In this document: positions 49,161 to 62,659 of the stretch, piece by piece
Layout: every line of letters starts with the position of its first letter
Position numbering within the stretch: position 1 is the stretch's first letter
DNA from: Haliotis rubra
Taxonomy: Eukaryota
Length of the DNA: 64,000 nucleotides
Assembly (NCBI RefSeq): GCF_003918875.1
Contig: NW_025765114.1
Span: 3,286,001 to 3,350,000, forward strand
Direction: 5' to 3'
Program-made: the position numbers and the translations under genes
Notes under the pieces: generated by a model
Seen by the model: only the letters and a program-made list of their open reading frames with translations
What the model was told of the DNA's origin: nothing
Databases searched by the model: none

Positions 49161-50859
49161 TATATCTTCCACAGCACGCAGAACTATTTCAGCTAATGAC
49201 GACTATCTGTAAATAACGCTGGTTTCGACCAGATAATTCGGTGATTACAGATCCTCGCAGTTGCAGCATCTGTGAGTGAGTTTAGTTTTACGCCGCACTC
49301 GGCAATATTCCAGCTATATGGCGGCGGTCGCACCTATGACAGACACAAAGTCTGACCACCTGGTCCCTTCGTCTCTTCCGACCCGCATAGGTTGGTGGAA
49401 TCAATGTATGAGTCCCAGTGTGGAGATGGTCCTATGGGTGTGCTCAGTACTAACACTTTTGACGGGAATGAGATTAAGCATGTTATTTTGTATGTAAACG
49501 GTTGAATGCAACAAAATATACACACAAGCATCAATCTAGCAAAAGTATATAAATATGAAAAGACAACATGTATATGCTTTGAAAATGGTAATTCTAACAC
49601 ATTTTACTAGCATTAAAACAAAAATAGAACTGAAATTGAATTAACTTGCAGTCGAGAGGAATAAACGAAAACGTAATTCCAATCCCGTGAGTTGCTTCTT
49701 ACGGCAATTAAACATGGGCTCCTGATGACCAACTCTTACCTGGATCTTCATGAGGAATTTGACGATGAGAGCTTTTCCTGCTTGTTGGCGTATGGGAAGT
49801 ATCTGTCATTTGGAGATTTTGATATTTGGCACACTGATAGAGTATTCTAAACTAGCTGTGGCTTCTACTTGCTTCCACTTCTAACTGTCTAAATGCTGAA
49901 TCACTTTCTTCAACCATCCCATAAACATGTATATTCAGTATATATGACAGGTATCTTTACTGGCCCTTTCGCCATGATCTGTTCGCTCTCCCAAGTTATC
50001 ACACCAGGTGTCCAGTCTCACCATTACACCAATAGTATGCTCTTCCCGACATATCTTGAAACGTAGATGACCAAACTGAAACATTCATCTTTTACACTCA
50101 AAACATCTAGTAATCCGAGGAAAATCTTGACTTGATTCATTTAGGGCTTTGGGTTACATCAAAGACGGGAAGTTAAATAGTATGGTTCAGCTAATTAATA
50201 TTGTTTTGGGATCAAGTCCTTATGGAATGAAGGATTATCATTGTTGAGGCAGTCATGGGTGATAAAGCAGATCTTGAAGATGATTCGAGAGTAGATTGGA
50301 AGCCAGTGCAAGGTTTTGAGATCAGGAGTGATGACTAGAACTTTGCTGATGTTATCAAAGCAATGAAAACATGCTGTGCGAGGGTACGTAGCCTAACTAT
50401 ATTCCCGATGTCCAATGTTTGATGATCTTCCATTTTATTTTGAAGGAATCGTTAGCAAAGCCATATCCAAAATTTCACATGTGTGGGTAATGTGGTTAAC
50501 CAGATATGTGTCATCACAACAAATTGGGGTACAAAATTGCAGAAAATGAAAAACGATTTGTCTTTTGGTACCTCTTGATTATGTCATATAAAATATGTTC
50601 AGTATAGTATTGGATGACTTCCCGTCATGATCAACAGTCAAAGATTTGGATTGTCTGATTTATATTTAGTCGGGGGCTATTTTTTAAGGACACCCCATTT
50701 TAATCTTTCAAAACCATTGTGTCGATATTTAAACTGGTACTGTTTACAATATATTATTGGGGATCGTGAGACTGGAATAAAGCAAAAGAATTGCTTGAGC
50801 TTGACAGATAATATGTAGCAAAAATAAAACAGAACAATGACTGCATCTGTGTCGTTTTC

Positions 50860-52120
50860 TTGGTGATTCTACATACTTTCTGATCGCCCCTCGTATGAGT
50901 GAGATGTGAGTGTTCATAGTCATTGCTAAATCAAAAGTGACTGCAAGATTACGAGCGCTGGCAGTTGGAGGAACAGTAAGTTCACCAGTCCGATGATAAA
51001 TGGACCCACGATTAAGTTTTCAGAGCTGTTGCCTGGACCTGAGCATCAAAAACTCTGTCTTCTCATCATTCAGTTTGAGGTAATTCAGACTCATCCAGTG
51101 CCGTATGTCATCAATGCACTGAGTCTTGCGATGTTGACAGAGAGTTCTGAAGTTTTGAAGGATATGTACTGGTGATTATCATCAGCATAGAGGTAGAACT
51201 TCAAAGAATGTTTCTTGATAATATCTCCGATGTGCAGAATGTATAAAGTAAATAGAAGTGGTCCGAGAACAGAACCCTGAGAGGAACACCATATTGACTT
51301 TTGAATGTGATAGAAAGTTTATCTTGAACTTTAACGGACATGGTACAGTCAGAAAGATAAAACTTGATCGACTGAAGAGCTGTGCCACAAATGCCAAGGC
51401 GTTCTTTGAGTCTGTGTAGCAATCTGGTATGTCAATAGTGTCAAAAGCCGATGATAGATTGAGGAGCACAAGAAGCGTAGCTTTCTCTTGCCCCATGGAT
51501 GTAATGACATCGCTGTGGACCTTCGCAAGTGTTTCAGTAAGATTAGTATGTTTTAAATGTTGCTCTCGCTATGAAGGTATTATCCTCTCAAGACACTAAG
51601 TCACAAATGAAAGATTAGACACAGGACGATAGTTATATGTGTTGTCTGGATCCAAACCCGTTTTTGGAGTAGTGGAGCGACAATGGCATGTTTACGTTCT
51701 CTTGCCGGGTGATATTGAAGTATTGATGATGTCCCAAACAGCAGCTGTTATATGATCCATAGAAGCCTTGAATAGGCAAGTAGGAACAGGGTCAAGGAAT
51801 GAGAGCATTCTTGACAGTGTCATACACAGCATTCAAAGAGACATAATGAAATTTATGCATTTCCCCACCAAAAAATGTGTCCGCATCCAAGCAAAATCCT
51901 GATTCGTCAAGATCATTTGTCTTGTGTTCAAGAGTGTTCCTAAGTTTCAGTATTTTCTCATTGAAGAAACATCTAAATTCATTTGCCAATAGAACAGAAT
52001 TATCTCTTTAAGGTAGTACTGTTCTTGTGGTTCCTTTCAACAGACGGTTTATAAATGAAAATAATCTATTCCTCTTAGTTTGCTTTATGTTGTCCAAAAC
52101 GTATTTTGGCATTTCTAAGA
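50860..52120 (-). mobile_element. Decayed CR1/L2-clade LINE reverse transcriptase fragment
   Basis: LVLLNLSSAFDTID, LKERLGICGTALQSIKFYLSD, YGVP(Q)GSVLGP-like, YADD and [16 protein letters not shown] motifs across frames. Confidence 0.85.
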
Positions 52121-53341
52121 GCAAAATTCACCTCATTGCGACGCTTGGAAAGCAGGCCAGATGTGTCTGTGTATTAGAAACGCATCACCCTATTATCATT
52201 GAACATGGGATATGCAAAACGAATTTTGAACCTTACTCTGCTTGAAGTAATCTGACTTTGATAGATAAACGTGATGCACGCTGAGTAGGATGTGCATCCC
52301 TGTGTGATCACATGGCCCACCATTTGCAACAAATCACCTTTTGTTCTTGCAAATCTCGTGAAAATGAAGAAAACGAGACGGTTTCACAACATATTAACAG
52401 ATCATTCAAAATCACACATTTTACTATCTGTAACACTATTTCGATTTGCGTAGCGATCCTTTGTTTACATAGGTTATGAGGCACGTGACATGCAAATTAG
52501 CCTGTGGCAGTGGTGTTATGCTAAGTCATCACTGCGCCGGAGTGTGTCTACTGGCATGTTTTACATTGATGCTACATGCTGAAAACTATTTATGCGTATA
52601 GCGAACCTCTGTTAGCTATGATCTGAAGTACATTTCACCACAGTTGGGTTGTTGCCACACTTTCCACCCGTTCCACAGCCCTCAGCATACAGTATTGCGG
52701 TTGGGACTTACGGCTTTCTTCTTTTCAGCATTTTGTGTTCCTGTGTACACATCCACCCTTTGATATTATATGGTCGATTCCAACGAAAAGTGTACACAGC
52801 TGGGTACAAGGTGTCCAAAATAGAATTGCTTGCATCTCGTAATTCTTTTTACCAATGTAAAGTCAACATATTTGCCTCTTATGAAAATCAGTTGCCATCA
52901 CTAATCTCTAAAAGTGACAAGTTGGTGGATCAGTGAAGTTGAAGGCTCATTTTCTGAATTACCTACAAATACCAACATCATACCTGGTATATCCTGTGAC
53001 TAGATGGATTGTATGTTGCCTAACATCCAACTTCACTGTTGCTCTGCATGCACAATATGTTAATGACTACAGAAACCCTGAAGCCATATCTGGTTTCTTT
53101 CATGTTTTATAACCTCAAGCTTTACGAAAATAGAACCATTTTGGTACCTTTGTTTGATGCTAGTGAGATAGCACCACTTATAGTTTGGCATGAAATGCAT
53201 GTGGACCCGTTTTTTAGTAAATATCTCTTCATCCAATGACCCAATCGATCTCAAACTGTGCAGGTGGATGTTTTGTCAGACAACCTAATCACATTGTAAA
53301 TCACCGATTTAATGCATTTGTATTAAAGGATCTGTCTATGT

Positions 53342-53753
53342 AACTGTCAACAAAATAAACAGCAGACCGCAGGCTGGAGGGAAGGAGCCAATGACCTGTA
53401 ACAGCGGCAGTGTTGGGTCATAAAGGTCAACGTTCGTCAATGTAGGTCAGCTATGTACGTTTCATGTAATCCGACACCTTATAAATCGGTTTGCTACGTT
53501 TGCTCTCTTTTTAAAAAAAATTCAACACATTTCTAATTAAACGTTTAGCATCATCTGAATAAGCTTTCATGATGACAGCTAGAAGTAGTCAATGTGAATG
53601 ATCCAAACGGTCTATCACTGTGCAGTGCACAGGTAACTATCATGAACTGCACGTGCATTTACCTTTATGACCCAACACGGCCGCTGTAAAAAGGTCATTG
53701 GCGCCCTCCCTCTGCAAGCAGTCTGCGGTCTGCTGTTTATTTTGTTGACAGTG
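53342..53753. mobile_element. MITE with ~85-bp TIRs (Tc1/mariner-like)
   Basis: CTGTCAACAAAATAAACAGCAGACCGCAG... and its reverse complement ending GACAGTG|TA. Confidence 0.78.
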
Positions 53754-53794
53754 TATGTCGGAAAGTAGCAATGTCATTTTAACTGATGGAAATA

Positions 53795-54265
53795 TACTTC
53801 TCATCAAAAGTTTCGACTCACTAGAAACACTCACTATATGTTATGTGTGTGTGTGTGTGCGCGCGCGTGCCTGCGTGCGTGCGTGCGTGTGTGTGTGTGT
53901 GTGTATGTAGTTACATCGAAGATTGATTTCTCCACTAACTTTGGAGGACCAACTGCAAACCTTATGCAGATGAACTGCACGAGGAACATGCATCAAATTG
54001 CTGAAAAGCATGTGCAAATATCGTACATGTGAACAGCTGCGTTTTGGTGTAAAGTTTTGTTCAAAATTCGCCAATTTTCACTGATTTTTATCATTTATTG
54101 AACTCATGACAATAATCTTTACGAATATGTTTTACAATACATCAGTTCGTGTGTAAACAGTACCTTTAAACAGTGTGGAATATTTTGCAAAATGTAGTTT
54201 AGAACAGTTGTCTGAAGTAAGTAGCTATATTTACACTAGCGAGTCTAAACTGTTGATGGGAAGTA
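53795..54265. mobile_element. Tc1/mariner-type MITE
   Basis: TIR TACTTC(T/C)CATCAA(A/C)AGTTT(C/A)GACTC, TA flanks; a second copy lies at 61624-61980 in inverted orientation. Confidence 0.82.
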
Positions 54266-55160
54266 TAGAAATTGAACTAAAATCATTACATCTGAAATTT
54301 AATTTGCCAAATGTTTCAACTGACATTTGTATTCAAAGAAAGCACATCACAAATGTTTGAACTATTACCATATACCATATATAATTATGCACAGATAAAC
54401 ATGTCACTAAAACAATCAATACATTATACGTCCTACTGAACTATAACTCTGCTTTAATGACCCATATTTTGCAATGACAATTGCTATTAGATAGACATTT
54501 ACTGAATGTTTTAACTACAAAAACGAGTTACCTACGAATAAGACATACCTTTGACAAATCTAATTACTAAACCCATGCAACCCATGTTCATTGGACACGG
54601 AAAACATTTTGTAGGTGTGTTTTAGATTAATGATACAGGTGATTAAAGGGAGGATATGTGTTTGTTGCGCACTTGTAAATTCATCCTTTATTAGTATATA
54701 TGGCCATGAGGCCAACAATACAACACGTGTAAAACAGTAATGTTTTGTGCACTTGTAAATGTTCAACTGAAAGGGACTTGTTGTGGAAATATTGTTGAGT
54801 GGGTGATACTGTGTCATGTAGACTGTGTACATTATCAGAATCATCTAAACAGTTATGGCCTGTCTCTTCTGGTAATTATGACCAGTCGAACGTTGAAAAG
54901 ACTGGTATATATACTGGTAGATCCAAATCATTCTGCTGATATCTGACGTCGAGCTTTCGAATCTGAAGGCATTTCATGCAATTGTGTGTTACAATGACAC
55001 CACCATGCAATTTGAAAAAAAACCCACCTCGATTGTAATTGGTCAGTCAATGGTTTGAAACCACAATCATCATCAATGACTGAAACATATACTGCCATGA
55101 TCGTGTCTCCGCGGAAGCTAACATAATCAGTGTAGGTATTTTGAAATAATACTATGATCT

Positions 55161-58100
55161 TTACATATATCTAGTTAGGTCATGATCATCAGTGTCTGCC
55201 ACGGCATCCGTCTGGGACATCAGTCCAATGCTTGTGTTCCCTGACTGTCCATCTGCCTGTTCCTTACAGCGATCCTCCACAATCAGGGGACTCCATTCTG
55301 ATGTCGGTTTGCTGGCGAGGCGCATGCGCTGTAAAATACATCTCTTTTGATAATCCACTTTGATAGCTTCCCAAAGAGTCACACTTAGCAAGTTTCAATA
55401 TTCTTTCTTTTGATTACAATTTGTGACTAAGGTGTGAGCATAACAATGTGTAGAATGCTGCGTGAAATTATTCCAAATGGTGTTCTCTCATATCGAATCT
55501 GAAACATAAGATCGTAAGTGTGGAATGTAATAATGTTTGCATTTAGCATGCAAGAAAAGCAAAATTTAACGTAGTAGTTACACATAATCCAGGGGTAGAT
55601 AGGACGGGCAGTGAACCTCATCCCCTAAAAAAATACAATAAAAGTGATTACCACAAGCAGTTTTCTAAAGATGAAACTGACGGTAGAGTTTACCATACCT
55701 GTCGTAAACCTCCCTTCCGTTTGAGTGTCTGGTAGATGAACATGAGCGGGATTGGCACAGAAATCCCCACTGCCAGTAGAATTCCTATTATTTTAGCATA
55801 TTCCGGGTACATGTATTCCCCATAGCTGGGTGGATCATACTTAAACAGGGACAGGATGAGGGCAGCCTGCCAACACGGATATAGAGATATTCACAGCGAC
55901 GATGTAAACAGTTTGAACAATTAATCAGGTATAGAACGTTAGTGCCACAGAGACGGAACAACTGATGGTTCACCTGCGATCGAGTAGAACAACCTGTTTT
56001 ACCATTTTTAATCTAATCAGATTCACGAAAATGATTTTGATTAATATAAACAATGAAATAAAACATACTGACATCATTTGGAAGATGGTAGGCGTCAATC
56101 AGTTGCTCAGTCTTCATGGAACCATCATGTGTGTGCAAAAACATATCAAGCCACAGAATACTTTTACAGGTTGCTACAGGAATGACTGGTATTTTAATTT
56201 ATACTGTATAAATAATCAAATTTCATATATTTGCATTACCCCTATTTCGCCAAACGAAAGTCCCAGATGTGATTCATTCTATGACTTGTACAAGGTTTTA
56301 AAAGAGATGTGTTGGACAAAGCAAAACGTTGCTAGTGACGTTGTTACATGTGCAAGTTTCGTAAGAATCTTAAGCATGGCACTGGCATAGTCAACCACTG
56401 GCCAAAATCACTGCAGGACAGCATCTGCTCATGTATGCTCATGTATGCTCATGTATGTTCATGTAAGAACACTTCACATGACATCTGATGAACTGGCAGT
56501 CCATCCTTCCCTTAGAAGATAGAGCTGATGGTTCTCCAGATGTTCCAGACATATTGTATATTGTCTGGAAATTGGGTTTATGTACTCTAAATCCGCTGAA
56601 GCTTCTTAGTGCACTTATGTAGTACCACTGTTACTTTAGTTGCATATGATATTTTAGCAATCTTAACAAACAAACAGTACATACACAGAGAATGACGGGC
56701 GTAACATAAGACGACACAAGTCTCAGGACAAGTGGAGGACGACGACCCGTCATCCTTTCAACATCTTTGCTGAACTTATCAGAGCCTGTAAAAAGAAACA
56801 GTCTACTGTATACATGTAACTTTAAGGCCTTTCTCTGTTGACTTACATTTTCTACTTGTTCGAATGTTATTTCTCACAGAAAACATCACTAGAGCATGAA
56901 ATACCATTCTTGACACTATGGGACAGTAAAACTATTCTCAGGCGTTGATGCATAATATACTGAACAGCAAATGAAACACAAGTGTAGCTTATTGTTGAAC
57001 ACATTTTAGAATATCAAACTTTCAAAACAGAAATGAGCAAGATTTGAAAACATTGCAGAACCCTATAGAGCCACCTCCTTTGTACTATTTTCACTGTCAA
57101 TGTAAATAAAAATAGAAGCATGTCCATTGTTTGTGGCTTGCGATCCAGCATGGCCAATATGCTCTGGTATCACCCAAAACAATTTATCACGATTTGGGAG
57201 CAGCACTGATCAAGTGATGGTCCCCTTCTGTTTGCCTAGTATTTACTTCACGGGAATGTCAGCAGCATGTGCGGCAGGCCCAGCAGTATCAACTCAGGGA
57301 GGTTAGGCTGCACCACTTGTACATCTGCCCGGGGAGGTCATCGCGTTACTGACGCTGCACGAGCCATTGTGAAATTGATCTGGTGAATATGGGATATCCA
57401 GTGAACATTTACACTCTTCAAAAAAAGAGACGCACAGGCGTTTTCAGCAGTTCATTTCGTTATAGTTTGACAGCAATCGTCATTAATACAATTCCTATGT
57501 TTGATTCCCGTTAATCGTGTCGTTGTTGCTGTGTATATAAACAATAGCGTGTCGGAAACATGAGTAGAGACATCGACTATAAAAGACCAAATCAAATTCA
57601 TCATTTCATTACGAAATGTACGACGTACTACTGCTACTGACAGAAATGTCGCCAGTGGACGTTTGGAAGCAGGAGAGTCAGTTGCAAGACATTTCAACGT
57701 CCACCACAACACGGTCAACACAATATCTCGATTATGGCATCGATATACCCGCTTGAATTTTATGCCGACAACGACCTGTGTACAAATTGTGCAACGGAGT
57801 ACAGGCGTGGAAACTGGGGTACTGGCGACGGGTTTGGTTCAGCTATGAATCGCGTTTCCTCCTGCAAAGACGAGATGCATGGGAGTTAACTGCGCCGAAC
57901 TGCGTTCAACAGGTAGACAGATTTTGTCATGTGGTCATGGTGTGGGGAGCCATGTCATACACGGGTAGATCAGAGCTAGTGGTGGGTCAAGGCAATGTTA
58001 CAGCAAATCGCTACATCGACCAAATCCTGCGACCTCACCTCCTCCCACTTGTTACCCGCCAGAGGGAGCTGCTTCAACACGACAACGCTCGAAACCACAC

Positions 58101-60350
58101 AGCTCGTGTTACAAGTGCCTGTCTCGCCAATGCAAACGTGAACGTGCTTCCCTGGCCTTCCAAATCGCTTAATCTGAACCCGATCGAGCATCTGTGGGAC
58201 AAACTTGATCGACGCGTCCGTAAACGTCACCATCGTCCTCAGACACTTGCAGAACTTGCCAACGCGTTGCAGGAGGAATGGCGAAGAATTCCCCAAACAA
58301 AAATCCGACAACTTGTGCAAGGCTGCAAGGGGTGGTGTCACCAGGTACTGACCTGAACGCCCCCTTGTGTCCATACATGTGCAGTGAGTGAACTGAATTA
58401 AGCTGACAATGACAACAAGACATATGTTCATCCGTGTGTCGAATTTCCTTCATCTCTGTTCAAGTTTAATCGACTTCTGTACACTGAAATACGTTTAATA
58501 CATTTCTTCATTTCTGGCTAGTGCGTCTTTTTTTTTTGTCTTTTTTTTAAAGAATATTTATTACAGTGAAATATAAGCCCTCAAAGTATGACCTGACAGA
58601 CAAATGAATTCAAATGTATGGATTATTTATGCCTTACGTTAAGTATTGCAAAATGAATCTCAAAGATTGCGTTTCTTTTGTTGTTAATTACATTTGCATA
58701 ATAATTGGCTTGATACGTTTTTGGGGAATCAAGTTAGGAGCTAGGTTTAACGCTGAATTAACAGAGAGAATGTCGTTGCTGTATAGAGTCACTTACCATA
58801 GATCCAGTAGATGACCACACATTCGAGGACGCCAATCACAAGAGAGTTAAAGGAACCGGAGTACCAGTCCAGCAGCTGGACGAAGTACACTCCGCTCTGA
58901 ACGGTACAAGTCGTCATGTCACTAAGGGGATAACTATTTAAATCTAAGGGCTTATGTTGAACTAGGCAGCCGATATTCAGTTAAACATTGTCTTCTTATT
59001 GTAGTGATGTTTATGTCAAGACTGTAATTATCGGATACGTAATAGTAATTGAACTGATACACATGACACGTTGTATCAAAACAGTAGATGGCAGCGATAG
59101 CAGCGCAAAGGTTTGGGTTTTTTGTTTGACTTTCCTAGCCAGACATTGCTTCCAATATTGTTTCATTAGACACAAACATTCCTACTTTCAGGGACACTTA
59201 CCCCAGTTACCAAGGGAACAGTGAGCAGAAAGCAGACCAGGCAAACACCCAGGGTGACTACCACGCGCTTTTGTTGATTAGTCGAAGGAAATGCTTCTAA
59301 AATAGCCGAGATTAAAGTTTCTTCGAAACTAAACTGTAAGAAAATATATTAAGTTTATGATACTGCATTTAGACAACAAAATCAGGAGCATGTAAAACAT
59401 ATCATGATAGGTATATATTTATCCCACTTTTAACTATTAAAATTTGATACAGAATAAAACAATTAACCTGCGATTCCATTTGTCACTGAAATATTATAGT
59501 TCGTCACATGAAGAAATGGGGAAAACAATCGTATGGGGAGAGGAAAACGCCTTCAAGCAAGTTGACGTTGTCAAAATGTTTCACAATGAACGTAATGAAA
59601 CTTCTCATAGCTATAACCAAATAATAGCATTGGTTACTGCTGTAAGTGTGCAGGAAACCTAGTAAAATGGTATGTGGCAATGCATTTTGCGATCAAATTC
59701 TACCTTTCCCCTTCTTCTACTCACCATAGAGTCTATGCCAACGATGAGCAGCGTTGAGAAGAAGAGGACTGCCCAGAGTTGAGGAAAGGGCAGCTTGGCT
59801 ATAGCCTCAGGGTAGATGATGAAGCCAAGTCCTATCCCTGGTAAGGTACACACACACTTGTTAATCATCCATCATGTTTATCTATCTACAATTGTGGTGT
59901 TCGTCCACCTGCTGCTAAACAACATAGGAAGACACGTAGTTAAGTTGTTGATGCTGATATAGATGATCAGTTACAACTGATTACAACCCTCTTACTTGCT
60001 CCCAATCAACCACCCTTGTTAAAACCTCCCTTACAGTTTATTCAATTTATGAAGTTTTGAGGTCGAGATTTTAATTACGCTGTACCATTATCAGCTATTC
60101 ATTGGTCAGGAAATTAAACGGTTACCGTAAATCTATGTTTAGCACACACAGATTCCATCATCAGACATGTCCTCAGTGCTGCAAGTGGAGATGATGATAC
60201 AGAGAGATGATACAGGGGTACGAACCTGAGGTTACTACGTCAGATATTGGTAGCTGAGCCTCACTTGCCATGAAACCTAGAGTAGAGAACACCACCAGCC
60301 CACAGAAGATACTGCTCAGCTCACCGATGATGAGTATAATCATCGTGTCC
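55161..60350 (-). CDS. SLC6 sodium/chloride-dependent neurotransmitter or amino-acid transporter, TM7 to C-terminus (5' exons not found in the window)
   Basis: Phase-compatible exons 60226-60350, 59725-59837, 59202-59333, 58797-58896, 56685-56785, 55699-55866, 55161-55328. Motifs GLVVFSTLGFMA, GIGLGFIIYPEAIAKLPFPQLWAVLFF..GIDSMF, GVYFVQLLDWY, ECVVIYWIYG, YDPPSYGEYMYP. Confidence 0.92.
56958..58690. mobile_element. Older Tc1-like element enclosing the inner Tc1
   Basis: Degenerate TIRs TACTGAACAGCAAATGAAACACAA / TTGCGTTTCTTTTGTTGTTAATTA. Confidence 0.45.
57412..58556 (+). mobile_element. Decayed Tc1 (DD34E) transposon in SLC6 intron
   Basis: TA|CACTCTTCAAAAAAAGAGACGCAC terminus; VARHFNVHHNT (HTH), VMVWGAMS, LLQHDNARNHTA, WPSKSLNLNPIEHLW; frameshifted. 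Confidence 0.88.
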
Positions 60351-60474
60351 CTTAAAGATAACAAGCCATGTATGAGTTGATCTGTTATACCAGGTCTTGT
60401 GTTTTTGTTTATTTAATGTCAGGTAGAAGGGTTGTGTCCTACTGATGACAAATCAAATGAAGCATCTCACTGAT

Positions 60475-61623
60475 ATGTATAATGCATTATGTATAATCCT
60501 CTAATGTATTATGTATAATCCTCTAATGTATTATGTATTATCCTCTAATGTATATTGTATTATCCTCTAATGTATTATGTATAATCCTCTAATGTATTAT
60601 GTATAATCCTCTAATGTATTATGTATAATCCTCTAATGTATTATGTATTATCCTCTAATGTATTATGTATTATCCTCTAATGTACTATGTATAATCCTCT
60701 AATGTATTATGTATAATCCTCTAATGTATTATGTATTATCCTCTAATGTATTATGTATTATCCTCTAATGTACTATGTATAATCCTCTAATGTATTATGT
60801 ATTATCCTCTAATGTATTATGTATAATCCTCTAATGTATTATGTATAATCCTCTAATGTATTATGTATTATCCTCTAATGTATATTGTATTATCCTCTAA
60901 TGTATTATGTATAATCCTCTAATGTATTATGTATAATCCTCTAATGTATTATGTATAATCCTCTAATGTATTATGTATTATCCTCTAATGTATTATGTAT
61001 TATCCTCTAATGTACTATGTATAATCCTCTAATGTATTATGTATTATCCTCTAATGTATTATGTTTTATCCTCTAATGTATTATGTATAATCCTCTAATG
61101 TATTATGTATAATCCTCTAATGTATTATGTATTATCCTCTAATGTATTATGTATTATCCTCTAATGTATTGTGTATTATCCTCTAATGTATTATGTATAA
61201 TCCTCTAATGTATTATCCTCTAATGTATTATGTATAATCCTCTAATGTATTATGTATTATCCTCTAATGTATTATGTATAATCCTCTAATGTATTATGTC
61301 TAATCCTCTAATGTATTATGTATTATCCTCTAATGTATTATGTATAATCCTCTAATGTATTATGTATAATCCTCTAATGTATTATGTATAATCCTCTAAT
61401 GTATTATGTATAATCCTCTAACGTATTATGTATAATCCTCTAATGTATTATGTATTATCCTCTAATGTATTATGTATAATCCTCTAATGTATTATGTATA
61501 ATCCTCTAATGTATTATGTATTATCCTCTAATGTATTATGTATAATCCTCTAATGTATTATGTATTATCCTCTAATGTATTATGTATAATCCTCTAATGT
61601 ATTATGTATAATCCTCTAATGTA
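60475..61623. repeat. 22-bp AT-rich minisatellite
   Basis: Unit ATCCTCTAATGTATTATGTAT(A/T). Confidence 0.97.
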
Positions 61624-61980
61624 TACTACCCATCAAAAGTTTAGACTCACTAGTGTAAATGTAGCCACTAACTTCAGTCAACTGTTCTAAACTAGATTTT
61701 GCAAAATATTCCATATTGTTTGAAGGTGCTGTTTACACATGAACTGATGTATTGTACAACAAATTCGAAACGTCGAAAAGATTATTGTTATGAGTTCAAA
61801 AAATGATGAAAATTGGCCAATTCTTAACATCACTTTACACCAAAACGCAGCTGCTCACATGGACGATATTTGCACATGCTTTTCAGCAATTTGATGCAAG
61901 ATCCTCTTGCAATTCATCTGCATAAGGTTTTCAGTTGGTTCCCCCAAGTTAGTGGTGAATTTCATCTTCGATGTAACCAT
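61624..61980. mobile_element. Truncated copy of the 53795-54265 MITE
   Basis: Reverse-complement similarity; one TIR retained. Confidence 0.78.
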
Positions 61981-62659
61981 ATATATAAGCCTAAACCTTT
62001 GATAGGTAGTATATGTCATAGGCATTCTCGATAATCTCCAGGGTATACGTTCTGATAAGTGGAAATTTATCGGAACGAAAACCCTGGAGATTATCGAGGA
62101 TAATGTCATAGGCTAAAATTTGTTTTTGTCACTAACTTTTCACCATACTTTCCAGCATACTCTCTTATGTTGGCGTAAACAGTCCACCTTACTTGTGGTC
62201 TGACAGGTACATCGTGAGCTTTGGCACATGCAGTCTCGAAGGTTGGCCATATGACTGTCCTCTATAAGACCTGCACGTGCCGGGGCCCAAAACCACATGT
62301 ATGTTGAATAAATGCTGCGTTATATGGTAAATAGGAAAGTATTATTTTTATTTCATTGTGCAATAGGTATTTTTCTCACAAGAATGGATTATTTCATGTG
62401 TAATTGTCCAGAATGTATGTTAGTAACGTCTACTTTATACGTGGTTAAAAGAAACCTGCATGGTCTGTGTGACGACACACCACGTCCTACAACTATAACA
62501 TATTATCATAATCCACAAGTTCTTTGGGAAAATAAATACATCAGTCAGTTAACCTCATTGAGAGGCATTTATAAGCTGGATCGATAAGTGTGGTGTGGTG
62601 TGTGTGATAATATATGGATGACCGACTTCTATATTACAGAGAGAACAACTGCAATAAAG

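Noticed and set aside
52245-52640. Possible MITE with short degenerate TIRs
   Set aside because: Termini and TSD too degenerate to support.
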